A DNA stretch of 64,000 bases from Candidatus Pacebacteria bacterium CG_4_9_14_0_2_um_filter_40_15 (lineage in GTDB: Bacteria > Patescibacteriota > Microgenomatia > UBA1400 > PJMF01): contig PFRS01000007.1 in NCBI GenBank assembly GCA_002788675.1, forward strand, positions 270 to 64,269, read 5' to 3'. Below are positions 8,618 to 17,573 of this stretch, piece by piece. The translations under genes and the position numbers were made by a program. The notes beneath the pieces were generated by a model. That model worked only from the letters and a program-made list of their open reading frames with translations, did not search any database and was not told the DNA's origin. The first letter of the stretch is position 1, and every line of letters begins with the position of its first letter.

Positions 8618-9688
8618 ATGAAAACATGGCAAAAGCTAGCTGTCTCAAATGCAGCAATCAGACCTTTCAAGATACGAGAAACGGTACTGGATACTATTAG
8701 ATCCTTTTTTAAAAAAGAGGGTTTTTTAGAAGTTGAAACTCCCCTTCTCTGTGAAAACCCAGGGACTGAGCCATATCTTGAGGTTTTTAAAACGACACTC
8801 AAAGCACAAAACTTTTCAGATAGACCTGGTTTTTTAGTTACGAGTCCTGAACTTTTTATGAAAAAATTGTTGGCTGCTGGAGTTGGTAGCTGTTTTCAAA
8901 TTTGTAAAAGTTTTAGAAACGAAGAAGGTGTGAGTGCCTTTCATAATCATGAATTCACTATTTTAGAGTGGTACCATGTTGATGCAGATTATACTGACGT
9001 GATGACTGATTGTGAGAATTTGTTGCTACGAATTCTTAGAACAGTTTCAGGGGATGAGACTGCCATTATTTTAACATATCAAGGCAAGGAATATGATCTT
9101 TCCCCAGGATGGGAGAGAATTTCTGTTGCTGAAGCATTCAAAAAATATGCAAACGTGGACATTGATGAACTTCTCACTGAAGAGTCATTACTCAAAATTG
9201 GACAGGAAAAAGGATATTCAGTTACAGAAACAACTGACTGGGAGGAAATCTATAACCAAATTTTTCTTAATGAAATTGAACCAAATTTAGGTAAAGCAAA
9301 GCCAACTATTATTTATGAGTATCCTGCTTCTCAAGCAGCACTTTCAAAACGCAAAGAATCTGATCCACGATTTGCTGAGCGCTTTGAGTTCTATATAGGA
9401 GGATTAGAGTTGGGAAATGCATTTTCAGAATTAACCGACTCTGATGAACAACGAGCTAGAATGCAGGAAGACCTTGAGATGCGAAAAAAAATGGATAAGT
9501 ATTCATACACCTTGGATGAAGACTTTTTTACAGCACTCAAAATGGGACTACCACGTACCGGTGGTATTGCTGTTGGTGTTGATAGATTAGTGATGCTTTT
9601 TGCAGATGTTGCATCTGTGCGTGAAACGCTTTTCTTTCCTATTAATGAAGTCTTTGATTTTTCTGTGACTGAATCTGATAAAAAATAA
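8618..9688 (+). CDS. epmA: EF-P lysyl-lysine ligase EpmA (PoxA), a truncated class II LysRS paralog
   Basis: Class II aaRS motifs (FRNEE, GLELGNAFSEL, GGIAVGVDRLVMLF) without an anticodon-binding domain; lies directly upstream of efp. Confidence 0.8.
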   Translation: MKTWQKLAVSNAAIRPFKIRETVLDTIRSFFKKEGFLEVETPLLCENPGTEPYLEVFKTTLKAQNFSDRPGFLVTSPELFMKKLLAAGVGSCFQICKSFRNEEGVSAFHNHEFTILEWYHVDADYTDVMTDCENLLLRILRTVSGDETAIILTYQGKEYDLSPGWERISVAEAFKKYANVDIDELLTEESLLKIGQEKGYSVTETTDWEEIYNQIFLNEIEPNLGKAKPTIIYEYPASQAALSKRKESDPRFAERFEFYIGGLELGNAFSELTDSDEQRARMQEDLEMRKKMDKYSYTLDEDFFTALKMGLPRTGGIAVGVDRLVMLFADVASVRETLFFPINEVFDFSVTESDKK

Positions 9689-9711
9689 AACCAATGATAT
9701 AATACTACTCT

Positions 9712-10278
9712 ATGTCTATCGTCAAAGCCGGAAACATTCGAAAAGGGATGTACCTACTCCATAAAGATCAACCTTACTATGTCACTCATACTGATTTTAT
9801 GAGTCCAGGAAAAGGCTCAGCATTCATGCGAGTAAAGTATCGTAATGTGATTACTGGTAATACTGAAGAATTTACCTATAAGTCAAGTGAATCTGTTGAA
9901 GAAGCTGAAATTCAAAGTACTCAAATGCAGTTCTTGTATGTTGATGGCAGTGACTCAGTTTTTATGGATAACAATACGTATGAGCAAGTTGAAATTCCAA
10001 CTGTTATGCTTGAAGATAAGCAGGGACTTTTAACACCTGATATTCAAGTATATGTTATGTTTTACAATGGAAAAGCACTCGGTGTTTCACTCCCTCCAAA
10101 AGTTCGCCTTAAAGTTACCTATGCTGAAGAAGCTACAGCTGGAAATACACAAGGTCAAGCTCGAAAAATGGTTACACTTGAAACTGGACTAGAAATTTCA
10201 GCTCCAATCTTTGTAAAAGAAGGTGACACACTTGTTATCGACACCGATACAGTAAGTTACGTTTCTCGAGCTAACTAA
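9712..10278 (+). CDS. efp: elongation factor P
   Basis: Typical EF-P N-terminus MSIVKAGNIRKGM. The conserved loop SPGKGSAFMRVK carries the modifiable Lys. Three OB-domain length. Confidence 0.9.
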   Translation: MSIVKAGNIRKGMYLLHKDQPYYVTHTDFMSPGKGSAFMRVKYRNVITGNTEEFTYKSSESVEEAEIQSTQMQFLYVDGSDSVFMDNNTYEQVEIPTVMLEDKQGLLTPDIQVYVMFYNGKALGVSLPPKVRLKVTYAEEATAGNTQGQARKMVTLETGLEISAPIFVKEGDTLVIDTDTVSYVSRAN

Positions 10279-10284
10279 TTTTTC

Positions 10285-11250
10285 TTAGAAAAGTCCCAGA
10301 GTTTTTACAACAAAGACAATAAAGAAGGCTATGAGTGCAACGCCAATTTTCTTTGGTACCTGCTTGCCTTTATACATGAATAGCATCAGGCAAAAGAAAA
10401 TAGTTATTATCAATAATGAATAGAGCTCCCAGGCTGAAATCGGTCCTTGATCGCCAAAGAGCAAAATAATTCCAGGAAATAGTGCTAGGTTAAACACGTT
10501 GCTTCCAACCAATGTTCCAATTACAACTTTATTTTCATGTTTGTGTGAAGCAATAACAGAGAGAATAAGTTCAGGTAATGAAGTCGAAATGGCTGTGAGA
10601 GTTAATCCAAGCACAGATGTTGCGTATCCTAAGATATGAGCAAGTCCATTTACAGCATTCACTGTAACCATACCGCCAACGGTTAAGCCTGCGGTAGTGG
10701 TAAGTAGGGTAATGATATAAAAGAGACGTGGGTGTTTTCTATTTTTTTTGTATAGATTCTGAAGTGCATCTAATAAGCGCTTATCTTCATGAAGTCTCCC
10801 CTGTTTTGCGGAAAAATATTGATACAAAAGTGAAATGCTTATTGTGAAGAAGAAGATTATCACTTTATTTTGGAGTGATATAGATGAAAGAAGTAAAATC
10901 ACAAACAAAACAGTGATTGCCAAGAGCAAAACAGCATTCTTCTGTGATTTATTATTGCCAAGCTTAACGCCTCCAAAAAGTGTCGCTACTCCAAAGATAA
11001 GAGTAATATTTGCAATACTGCTACCAATCAAGTTAGCCATAGCTAAGTCTGCATCATGTTGATAGAGAGATACACCAGTAACGGTGAGCTCTGGCAAGTT
11101 TGTGCCGAGCGCAACAATTACAAGGGAAATAAACAATGGTGAAAATCGCCATTTTGCTGCTAGTTCTTGAATTACCTTAAGAAATGCTTGTGAAGATACA
11201 AGCATAATACTTAAACCAATGGCAAATGAGAACAATGTGGGCAGTAACAC
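10285..11250 (-). CDS. Ca2+:cation antiporter (CaCA/YrbG family)
   Basis: Two alpha-repeat motifs (GTNLPELTVTGVS and GTSLPELILSVIA, GSNVFNL); about 10 TM segments. Confidence 0.75.
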   Translation of the reverse strand: MLLPTLFSFAIGLSIMLVSSQAFLKVIQELAAKWRFSPLFISLVIVALGTNLPELTVTGVSLYQHDADLAMANLIGSSIANITLIFGVATLFGGVKLGNNKSQKNAVLLLAITVLFVILLLSSISLQNKVIIFFFTISISLLYQYFSAKQGRLHEDKRLLDALQNLYKKNRKHPRLFYIITLLTTTAGLTVGGMVTVNAVNGLAHILGYATSVLGLTLTAISTSLPELILSVIASHKHENKVVIGTLVGSNVFNLALFPGIILLFGDQGPISAWELYSLLIITIFFCLMLFMYKGKQVPKKIGVALIAFFIVFVVKTLGLF

Positions 11251-11381
11251 ATGTTCAGTATAGCAACCTGAAGAGGTATTTGTCTACCGAGTGGAATAGA
11301 GTTGACATTTTATAAAAAATATCCTATAATTATTAATTAGCTTTTTAAAATGTTACTTTATTTTAGCATCAGCCTTTTTGG

Positions 11382-11732
11382 TTGATGAATCATGGAGAGA
11401 CGATAATGGTCATCTTGGAATATGTATTTTATTTTGTTGTACTAGGTTGGAAGTCGATTACAGAGACGGCTGATTATTTAATTCAAGGTTGCATTGGTAT
11501 TGTGGTTGGTATATGTGTACTAGCATCGCCAGCAGCAACACCATTTGTTGTAGTAACGGGGGTATTTGCGTATGGTGTTGGCATGCTTGCTTTCAGCTAT
11601 ACGAAGAAACTCGCCTTAAATTCTGATCCGGATCCCATAATGTATTATATAATTTGTGGATTTGCTACAGGTTACCTTTGGGGATACATTTTCTACTGGG
11701 TTGCATCATTGGCAACCACAGTTCCTAGCTAA
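11382..11732 (+). CDS. small hypothetical integral membrane protein (3-4 TM)
   Basis: Hydrophobic ORF, no motif. Confidence 0.4.
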   Translation: MMNHGETIMVILEYVFYFVVLGWKSITETADYLIQGCIGIVVGICVLASPAATPFVVVTGVFAYGVGMLAFSYTKKLALNSDPDPIMYYIICGFATGYLWGYIFYWVASLATTVPS

Positions 11733-11784
11733 TTTATTTAACATTTTTTTGCTAACTGCTCGGTCATGTACCGGGCAGTTTTTT

Positions 11785-13059
11785 TTATAAAATTTCATTT
11801 AGCTCACGCTGAGGCATGCGAATTTTTTTAGGTGTCACAAAGAGTAATCCAAGAGAAATTATTGCTAAGCTAATTCCCAAGAGTGAAAAAGCACCTTTAA
11901 TGCCAATAATTGATGCTAAGAATGTAGCAACAATGGGCCCAATCACATAGGCAAAACTGCTAGATGAACCTTGTAGACCAATCAATTCATTACCATCATC
12001 TTTCAGTCGACTTATGTAATCTTCAAAGGTGGCTTTCATTTCTGGTACAGCAATTCCCATAAAGAATGAAACCAGTAGTGTGACAACTAATATTACAACT
12101 ACCGAATGAAGGAGCACATAAGTACCTAAAGCAACACCGGCCAAAGCGCTACAAATGAGTGCTGTTTTCTTTTTACCAATGGGAAGGGTTAATTTTGTTA
12201 GGAATAGGCCTACAAAGGTAGCTGGTAGAATGTAGGCTGTAAGCAAAAAGCTACCCAAACTGCTTTCCTGCGATAATGACTGCATTAGAAGGGCCCCAAT
12301 TGTCCAAAAGCTGGCGTCAACACTAGAAACAATAAGCTGTAGTGCTAGTAGTGGCCAAACGCTTTTAAAGAGAATTTTCCATACTTTGAACTCCGAAATC
12401 CAAGACTTGTGAAGTTCTTTTTTTTGATTTCTATGTGAGTGTGGATTAATAAATACAATTCTAAAAAATAGAGTAAGAAAAAGTGCGATTCCCAAAAAAA
12501 ATAACACGGCAGTGAACCCAAGCTCAAAACTACTTGAAAGTAGATGTACCGCAAGTAACGGCCCAAGTGCATATGCTCCAGAATGAAATGCCTGGAGTAT
12601 TCCCCATGCTTTGGTATGTTCTGACAAATGGATGTAACTGTTCACAAACTGAAATGATGAAAACATGTTGAGTTCAAAATACACCCCCCATATTGCCATA
12701 GCCAGAAAGAGTGTCATTATATGCTGTGGAAAAAATAGAAATGTGGTTGGAAACAGTATGGCCGAAAGTAACGTAACTTTTAAGAAAAAAAAGTGAGATT
12801 TATTGGTAAATATTTTTGGAAATACTATGTCACAAATAATGCCGACAACAGATGAAAATGCAAAAATAAGCCCCATTATAAACGTGCTACTTACCTGTGC
12901 CTCAATGAAGATCGGACTGATGTAAGACATGATTGCATCGGCAAAAGAAATCAAGAAAGATATCACTGCAAAGGATAGCAATACAAGCCACTGTGGTTTT
13001 TTACCTCGAATGAAAAACATGTATACAGTATGCATCTTTTTTATCGAAAAGGGAAGCAA
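11785..13059 (-). CDS. MFS-type transporter (12 TM)
   Basis: 424 aa, about 12 hydrophobic segments with a central loop; typical MFS architecture. Confidence 0.65.
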   Translation of the reverse strand: MLPFSIKKMHTVYMFFIRGKKPQWLVLLSFAVISFLISFADAIMSYISPIFIEAQVSSTFIMGLIFAFSSVVGIICDIVFPKIFTNKSHFFFLKVTLLSAILFPTTFLFFPQHIMTLFLAMAIWGVYFELNMFSSFQFVNSYIHLSEHTKAWGILQAFHSGAYALGPLLAVHLLSSSFELGFTAVLFFLGIALFLTLFFRIVFINPHSHRNQKKELHKSWISEFKVWKILFKSVWPLLALQLIVSSVDASFWTIGALLMQSLSQESSLGSFLLTAYILPATFVGLFLTKLTLPIGKKKTALICSALAGVALGTYVLLHSVVVILVVTLLVSFFMGIAVPEMKATFEDYISRLKDDGNELIGLQGSSSSFAYVIGPIVATFLASIIGIKGAFSLLGISLAIISLGLLFVTPKKIRMPQRELNEIL

Positions 13060-13150
13060 ATATGAGCTTAATGAGTATGTTGAACACTGTAATTTCTATT
13101 TGATGCAATGTGAAAGAAATAACTCTCCGGCTTTTGGCCGGAGAGCGTGT

Positions 13151-13477
13151 TTATTTTGAAACAACAAAAGTGCCATCACTGGCTTGCCAGTGATGAGAGT
13201 AGATATCTGTGCACAACTCATTATTAAAGCGTGCATCAGATACAAAGTCTTGCATCATCCACCAATAATCGGTGGTGCATGGAAACTTCATTTTTTTATG
13301 ATTCCCTGGTTGTTGGCCAAGTTCATCAAAAGTGCAATGACGGATATACCGCCGCATGCTTTTTTTGAACTGCCGAACAAGATTACCTTTGCCTGCATAG
13401 CCACGGTACACAGCTTTTTTGTAACTGTTACCGCTCCGACGCCCGGTTTTTTTTGCTACTTTCCCATCTTTTGCCAT
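13151..13477 (-). CDS. hypothetical basic protein (108 aa)
   Basis: GGAGA Shine-Dalgarno 10 nt upstream of the ATG. A terminator hairpin (ctctccggc...gccggagag) lies downstream at about 13120-13145. Preferred over the overlapping plus-strand ORF 13184..13534. Confidence 0.45.
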   Translation of the reverse strand: MAKDGKVAKKTGRRSGNSYKKAVYRGYAGKGNLVRQFKKSMRRYIRHCTFDELGQQPGNHKKMKFPCTTDYWWMMQDFVSDARFNNELCTDIYSHHWQASDGTFVVSK

Positions 13478-13641
13478 TTATTAATGTTCTCCAAATTACG
13501 GTTAGCAGTTATTTTTGAAAAAAACTGCCAATGATAATGGTAGATGAGTGTATTATATCGTGAAAAATCAAAAAGTAAAATACTATGAGATGTATATAGT
13601 TGAGTAAATAAGATTGAGCTTGTTGTGCTCTACTTAACTAT

Positions 13642-13938
13642 TTATTCAGTAAATGCTGTAATCCAAGCAGTAATTTCACGATTGAATGCTCTTGGCATGG
13701 TATAAGCTGAAAGCATAAGGTATTGATCTGTACCTTTGTGATGAATGTAGAGATTATTACGATCCATTCGCAGATCAAGTTGATCGGCTAATTCTGGTTC
13801 CATTTCATAATCATCTTTAGCACCGTTATAGTCGAATGCTGCATCAAAGAGTGCTTTGAGTTCATTTTGACGAATGCCAGCTTGAATTTCAGCAGGGCTA
13901 GGAATATCATCTGGTGTTGGTTTTTTTCGTTCAGACAT
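13642..13938 (-). CDS. hypothetical protein (98 aa)
   Basis: ORF only. Confidence 0.35.
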   Translation of the reverse strand: MSERKKPTPDDIPSPAEIQAGIRQNELKALFDAAFDYNGAKDDYEMEPELADQLDLRMDRNNLYIHHKGTDQYLMLSAYTMPRAFNREITAWITAFTE

Positions 13939-13996
13939 GTGCCTATTATACCACTCTGAAGCGTTTCAAGAGTTTTTCTTAAAGAAAGCAATAATT

Positions 13997-14515
13997 TTAG
14001 TTTTTTACTACACCCCACTGAGCATCTGAGTATTTAGGATTATTTTGTATGTTTTTTTCAATTAGGTTACCGATTACTTTCATATCGTCATCAGTCAGTG
14101 GCTTGAAACCATCGTAAAAACCTGTAGATCTGTCAGGTAACGAGACTGCTTCAGGAAGTGTTTGTGGGCCATTTGAAAAGACTCGACCGAAGATATGGAT
14201 ATGGAGTGTTGGTCGCTCATTTCGCTTAAACGCCCAATTTCCTAGGTCTTCCAGGTTTACCCATGCTACTTTTATCCCCTGCACGTTTAATCCTGCCATC
14301 ATAGATTCCCTTACCACCATTTCTAGCCTGGCAAGTTCAATCATCTCGAGAGGTGTGAGGTCATTTATACAGCTAATTGTGTGGTCTTTTGGGAAAATAC
14401 GTATGTGGCCACCTTCTTCTCGCGATACGAAAGGATGAGGTGATCTTTCTACGGTAAAAGATTTTGATGCAAAGATTAGGTTTGTTTGTTCAATTGTCAT
14501 AGAGTTCTCTTCCAT
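13997..14515 (-). CDS. HIT-like superfamily protein (variant motif LHIHIFGR)
   Basis: Histidine-triad-like H-phi-H-phi motif near the C-terminal third, with the third His replaced by Phe. Otherwise unassigned. Confidence 0.4.
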   Translation of the reverse strand: MEENSMTIEQTNLIFASKSFTVERSPHPFVSREEGGHIRIFPKDHTISCINDLTPLEMIELARLEMVVRESMMAGLNVQGIKVAWVNLEDLGNWAFKRNERPTLHIHIFGRVFSNGPQTLPEAVSLPDRSTGFYDGFKPLTDDDMKVIGNLIEKNIQNNPKYSDAQWGVVKN

Positions 14516-14561
14516 TTTTTTGTTTACTTTAACTCTCTCTCCCTACAGCCATATGTTCAGG

Positions 14562-15440
14562 TTAGAGGAATAAAAGTATTAATCCAGCTGTTACTCCTAC
14601 TATTCCAATCATCTTTTTAGTCGTTAATTCGTCTTTAAAAAAGAAGGAAGACATGATTGTTAATAGTGAAATTGATGCGGCATTTGTGGCATTAACATAG
14701 CCAACATTTGGAGCCAAATTAAATCCAACTTGCATAAAGTAAGCATAGCTCGAGCCAAATAAGCCAATAAAAATGAGTGTTACGAGTTGTGTTTTATTAA
14801 TGTGAAAAACTGGAATTTTCTTAACGAGTATTTCTCCGAGTATTAAGACAGTTACAACCAGCATTGATAAAATAAGCCGAGTAAGAATAGGCACACCCAT
14901 ATTGAGTAGATATTTTGAGCTTAGTGCCAGAAATCCCCAGCAAAAAAATGCACCCATCGTGTAAGGGAACCATACTGAATTTGAAGTAGCTTTATTTTTT
15001 TCTTTATCGATCGTAATGAAAGCTGAAAATAATACGATAGCTAGAATGGCAATTGCGGACTTAAATGTTAGTGGAGCAAAAAAAATGAATATCGAAGCTA
15101 TTGCGGTAAAAACCACATAACTTTTTGAGATAATTAAACTATATCCCGGGTTTGGAGAATTCTCCATTCCTTTTAAGGAAAAAACATTTCCAAAATAACT
15201 AAAGAAAATACCTGAAACTAAAATGAGTATTAACTCGACTGGTGTAAGCGCATAACTAGTTGGGGTTTTAATCGTTACAGCTATGTACACAAGTACTGGT
15301 ATTAGAAACATAGCCAAGTTATTTAGTTGTTGAGGAGTTTTGAGTGCATTGCTTTTTCGCACGCAAAGATACAGTGCAACCGAGCTGAAAAACATTAGTA
15401 GGCTGGCAATAATCCAATTCATATATATAGTATAGTTCAA
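14562..15440 (-). CDS. DMT/EamA-like permease (10 TM)
   Basis: 292 aa, two 5-TM halves; typical drug/metabolite transporter topology. Confidence 0.5.
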   Translation of the reverse strand: MNYTIYMNWIIASLLMFFSSVALYLCVRKSNALKTPQQLNNLAMFLIPVLVYIAVTIKTPTSYALTPVELILILVSGIFFSYFGNVFSLKGMENSPNPGYSLIISKSYVVFTAIASIFIFFAPLTFKSAIAILAIVLFSAFITIDKEKNKATSNSVWFPYTMGAFFCWGFLALSSKYLLNMGVPILTRLILSMLVVTVLILGEILVKKIPVFHINKTQLVTLIFIGLFGSSYAYFMQVGFNLAPNVGYVNATNAASISLLTIMSSFFFKDELTTKKMIGIVGVTAGLILLFL

Positions 15441-15498
15441 GTGAAGAAATAATTTGGATTTAAACTTGAGTTGGTGATGTTCAGAGTAAAAAGATATG

Positions 15499-15573
15499 GG
15501 TGGCTAACCGGGTTCGAACCGGCGACCTTCGGTACCACAAACCGACGCTCTAACCAACTGAGCTATAGCCACC
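15499..15573 (-). tRNA. tRNA-His (anticodon GTG) with encoded G-1
   Basis: Reverse complement: extra 5' G pairs with discriminator C. Acceptor GTGGCTA/TAGCCAC. Anticodon stem TCGGT/ACCGA with loop TTGTGGT. T arm GCCGG-TTCGAAC-CCGGT. Confidence 0.8.
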
Positions 15574-15704
15574 ATGCATAGGTACAAAAAGTGCACCAAT
15601 GTAAAATAAAGAACGAAGCATATTATAGCTTGAATTCAGAGTTTAGCCAAGTCACTAACAGGACCCTGGGCAATTATTTTTGATCTGATACAATCAGTTA
15701 CCAA

Positions 15705-17081
15705 ATGGGACTTTTTTTATTTTTAGTTTCACTCTTTTCAGCTGTTGGGTTTATGCTTACGTTGTTAGGATTTTGGGGCTGGTTGCCCAGCTTTTTTTTG
15801 TACCTACTCTTTAGTGTCTTTCTTGTTGTCCCAGTTAGTATTCTCTATCGTCTCTTTCTTTTTATTCCTCAATTATCAAAAAATGAGAGAGTATTTCTAT
15901 TTGTTATACTTACTATTTGGTTTGGACATTTTATACAAGTCCTTGTGCCTGAAACAGGGTTTGATGCGCTCTGGTATCACTTGCCAGTAGTTGAACATAT
16001 TTTATCTATTGGTAAAATTACGTATCTCCCTGAGTTATATCAAACCATGAATCCCCTCTTTGCGGATATGTATTTTTTAGTGGGCTACTTTGTTGCTGGA
16101 TCAGTAGGCGCAAAGCTAGTTGCATATCTCTTTGGAATGATGTTGGCTGCAACTACCTATTTTGTAGCGCGTTTCTTTTTACGTAGAGATTTGTCATTAC
16201 TTGTTGTAGCAACTGTATCACTCTTTCAGGTGGTGGCTTGGCAATCTAGTAGTTTTTATGTTGACGTGGCTAAAGCATTTTTTGAGCTAGCTGGTCTTCT
16301 AGCTATATTGAATGTTTCAAAGAAATCAACACGGTTTTTATTATTAGCAGCCCTGCTCTTTTCAGCAAGTTTAGCAACAAAAATGTTTTCACTGTTTTTA
16401 GTGCCACTTTTCTTGGGAATTCTTTGGAGCAGTTGGAAAGAAAGAAAGTTGAAAGTGAGTTTCTTTGTTGTTTTAGTTGTTGTTCTTTTTGTATGTGCGC
16501 TACCCTATTATCTAGGAGCATGGAGGTATACGGGTAATCCTGTATTTTCTTTAGTGGTTCCACTGGCTATCTTGGGTGAAATTGGTGGGTCTGGTTCAGT
16601 TGTGGGGTATGTGCTAAGAAGAATAAAGTTAAGCCCGTTACTATTTGTTACATTACTCTTTGCTAGAGATTATGTTCCGCCACTTACTCTTTTGGCAGTT
16701 ATCCCAATAGCTAAACGGTTCAAAGATATTTCTCGTGATTATACATTAAAGTTACTTGGAGTATTTTCGTTTTATCAGCTTGGAATTTGGTGGTTTGTGC
16801 CACCATTTTCAACTAGGTATGCGTTGTCTGGGTTTATTACACTCTTTTTGCTTGGAGTAATCGTTGTTGATCGGTACTTTGTACATACAAAAAGGCAACG
16901 ATTTGTGTTTATGGTTATGCTTTGCCTACAGATAGCAGTCTTGTCGATTCCCAGAGTTATTGTGGCCGGAAGGAGTCTAACCTATTTACTTACAGCACAA
17001 ACTCAACGTGAGTATCTACAGCAGTTCTATGATGGAACGATTGACGATAAAATTAATGATTGGTACTATCCAAAAAAATAA
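15705..17081 (+). CDS. polytopic membrane protein, GT-C-like (ArnT/PMT-type glycosyltransferase fold suspected)
   Basis: 458 aa with more than 10 TM segments. Its arrangement resembles undecaprenyl/dolichyl-phosphate-dependent glycosyltransferases, but there is no decisive motif. Confidence 0.45.
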   Translation: MGLFLFLVSLFSAVGFMLTLLGFWGWLPSFFLYLLFSVFLVVPVSILYRLFLFIPQLSKNERVFLFVILTIWFGHFIQVLVPETGFDALWYHLPVVEHILSIGKITYLPELYQTMNPLFADMYFLVGYFVAGSVGAKLVAYLFGMMLAATTYFVARFFLRRDLSLLVVATVSLFQVVAWQSSSFYVDVAKAFFELAGLLAILNVSKKSTRFLLLAALLFSASLATKMFSLFLVPLFLGILWSSWKERKLKVSFFVVLVVVLFVCALPYYLGAWRYTGNPVFSLVVPLAILGEIGGSGSVVGYVLRRIKLSPLLFVTLLFARDYVPPLTLLAVIPIAKRFKDISRDYTLKLLGVFSFYQLGIWWFVPPFSTRYALSGFITLFLLGVIVVDRYFVHTKRQRFVFMVMLCLQIAVLSIPRVIVAGRSLTYLLTAQTQREYLQQFYDGTIDDKINDWYYPKK

Positions 17082-17085
17082 CGCA

Positions 17086-17105
17086 CATGATGGTGCGTTT
17101 TTTTG
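17086..17105. terminator. hairpin gcacatgatggtgcg + T-run between the GT-C ORF and tRNA-Arg
   Basis: Stem-loop followed by ttttttt. Confidence 0.5.
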
Positions 17106-17179
<74 letters not shown>

Positions 17180-17288
17180 ACGTATTGGTTGTAGGGGTTT
17201 ATTATACCACCGACTTTTGTGATTTAAACGTTTAAGCCGCAGGCAAAAGCCTGCGGCTTATTTCTCAGAGCAAAACTCTGGAGACAGG

Positions 17289-17552
17289 CTATTCTTTTTG
17301 TGCTGTTTTTTTAGCAGCAACCGTAGCTTTTTTGACAGCAGTTTTTGTTTTCTTCACTGTTTTTTTAGCTGTTTTTACTTGTTTTTTAACTTCCTTCTCT
17401 GCTTTTTTTGCAGAGCTTTTAATATCTTGGGTTGCTTTGGTAACGGCTTCCTTTGCCTTTTCTCTGTTTTCATCTTTTGAGAAGAAAACAGCTGCGGCTC
17501 CAGCAACTGCGCCAAGTGCGAGTGTAAAGAGACTGTTTGATTTTTTCCCCAT
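17289..17552 (-). CDS. small Lys/Ala-rich protein with an N-terminal hydrophobic anchor (YtxH-like or histone-H1-like tail)
   Basis: 87 aa. TM-like N-terminus followed by a KKxxK-repeat basic tail. Terminator hairpin aagccgcaggc-aaaa-gcctgcggctt downstream at 17234-17259. Confidence 0.5.
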   Translation of the reverse strand: MGKKSNSLFTLALGAVAGAAAVFFSKDENREKAKEAVTKATQDIKSSAKKAEKEVKKQVKTAKKTVKKTKTAVKKATVAAKKTAQKE

Positions 17553-17573
17553 AGTACCCCTTTCGGATATTTA

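Noticed and set aside
13184-13534. Plus-strand 116-aa ORF
   Set aside because: It fully overlaps the minus-strand ORF 13151..13477, which has a proper SD and terminator. The plus ORF is hydrophobic nonsense with no RBS.
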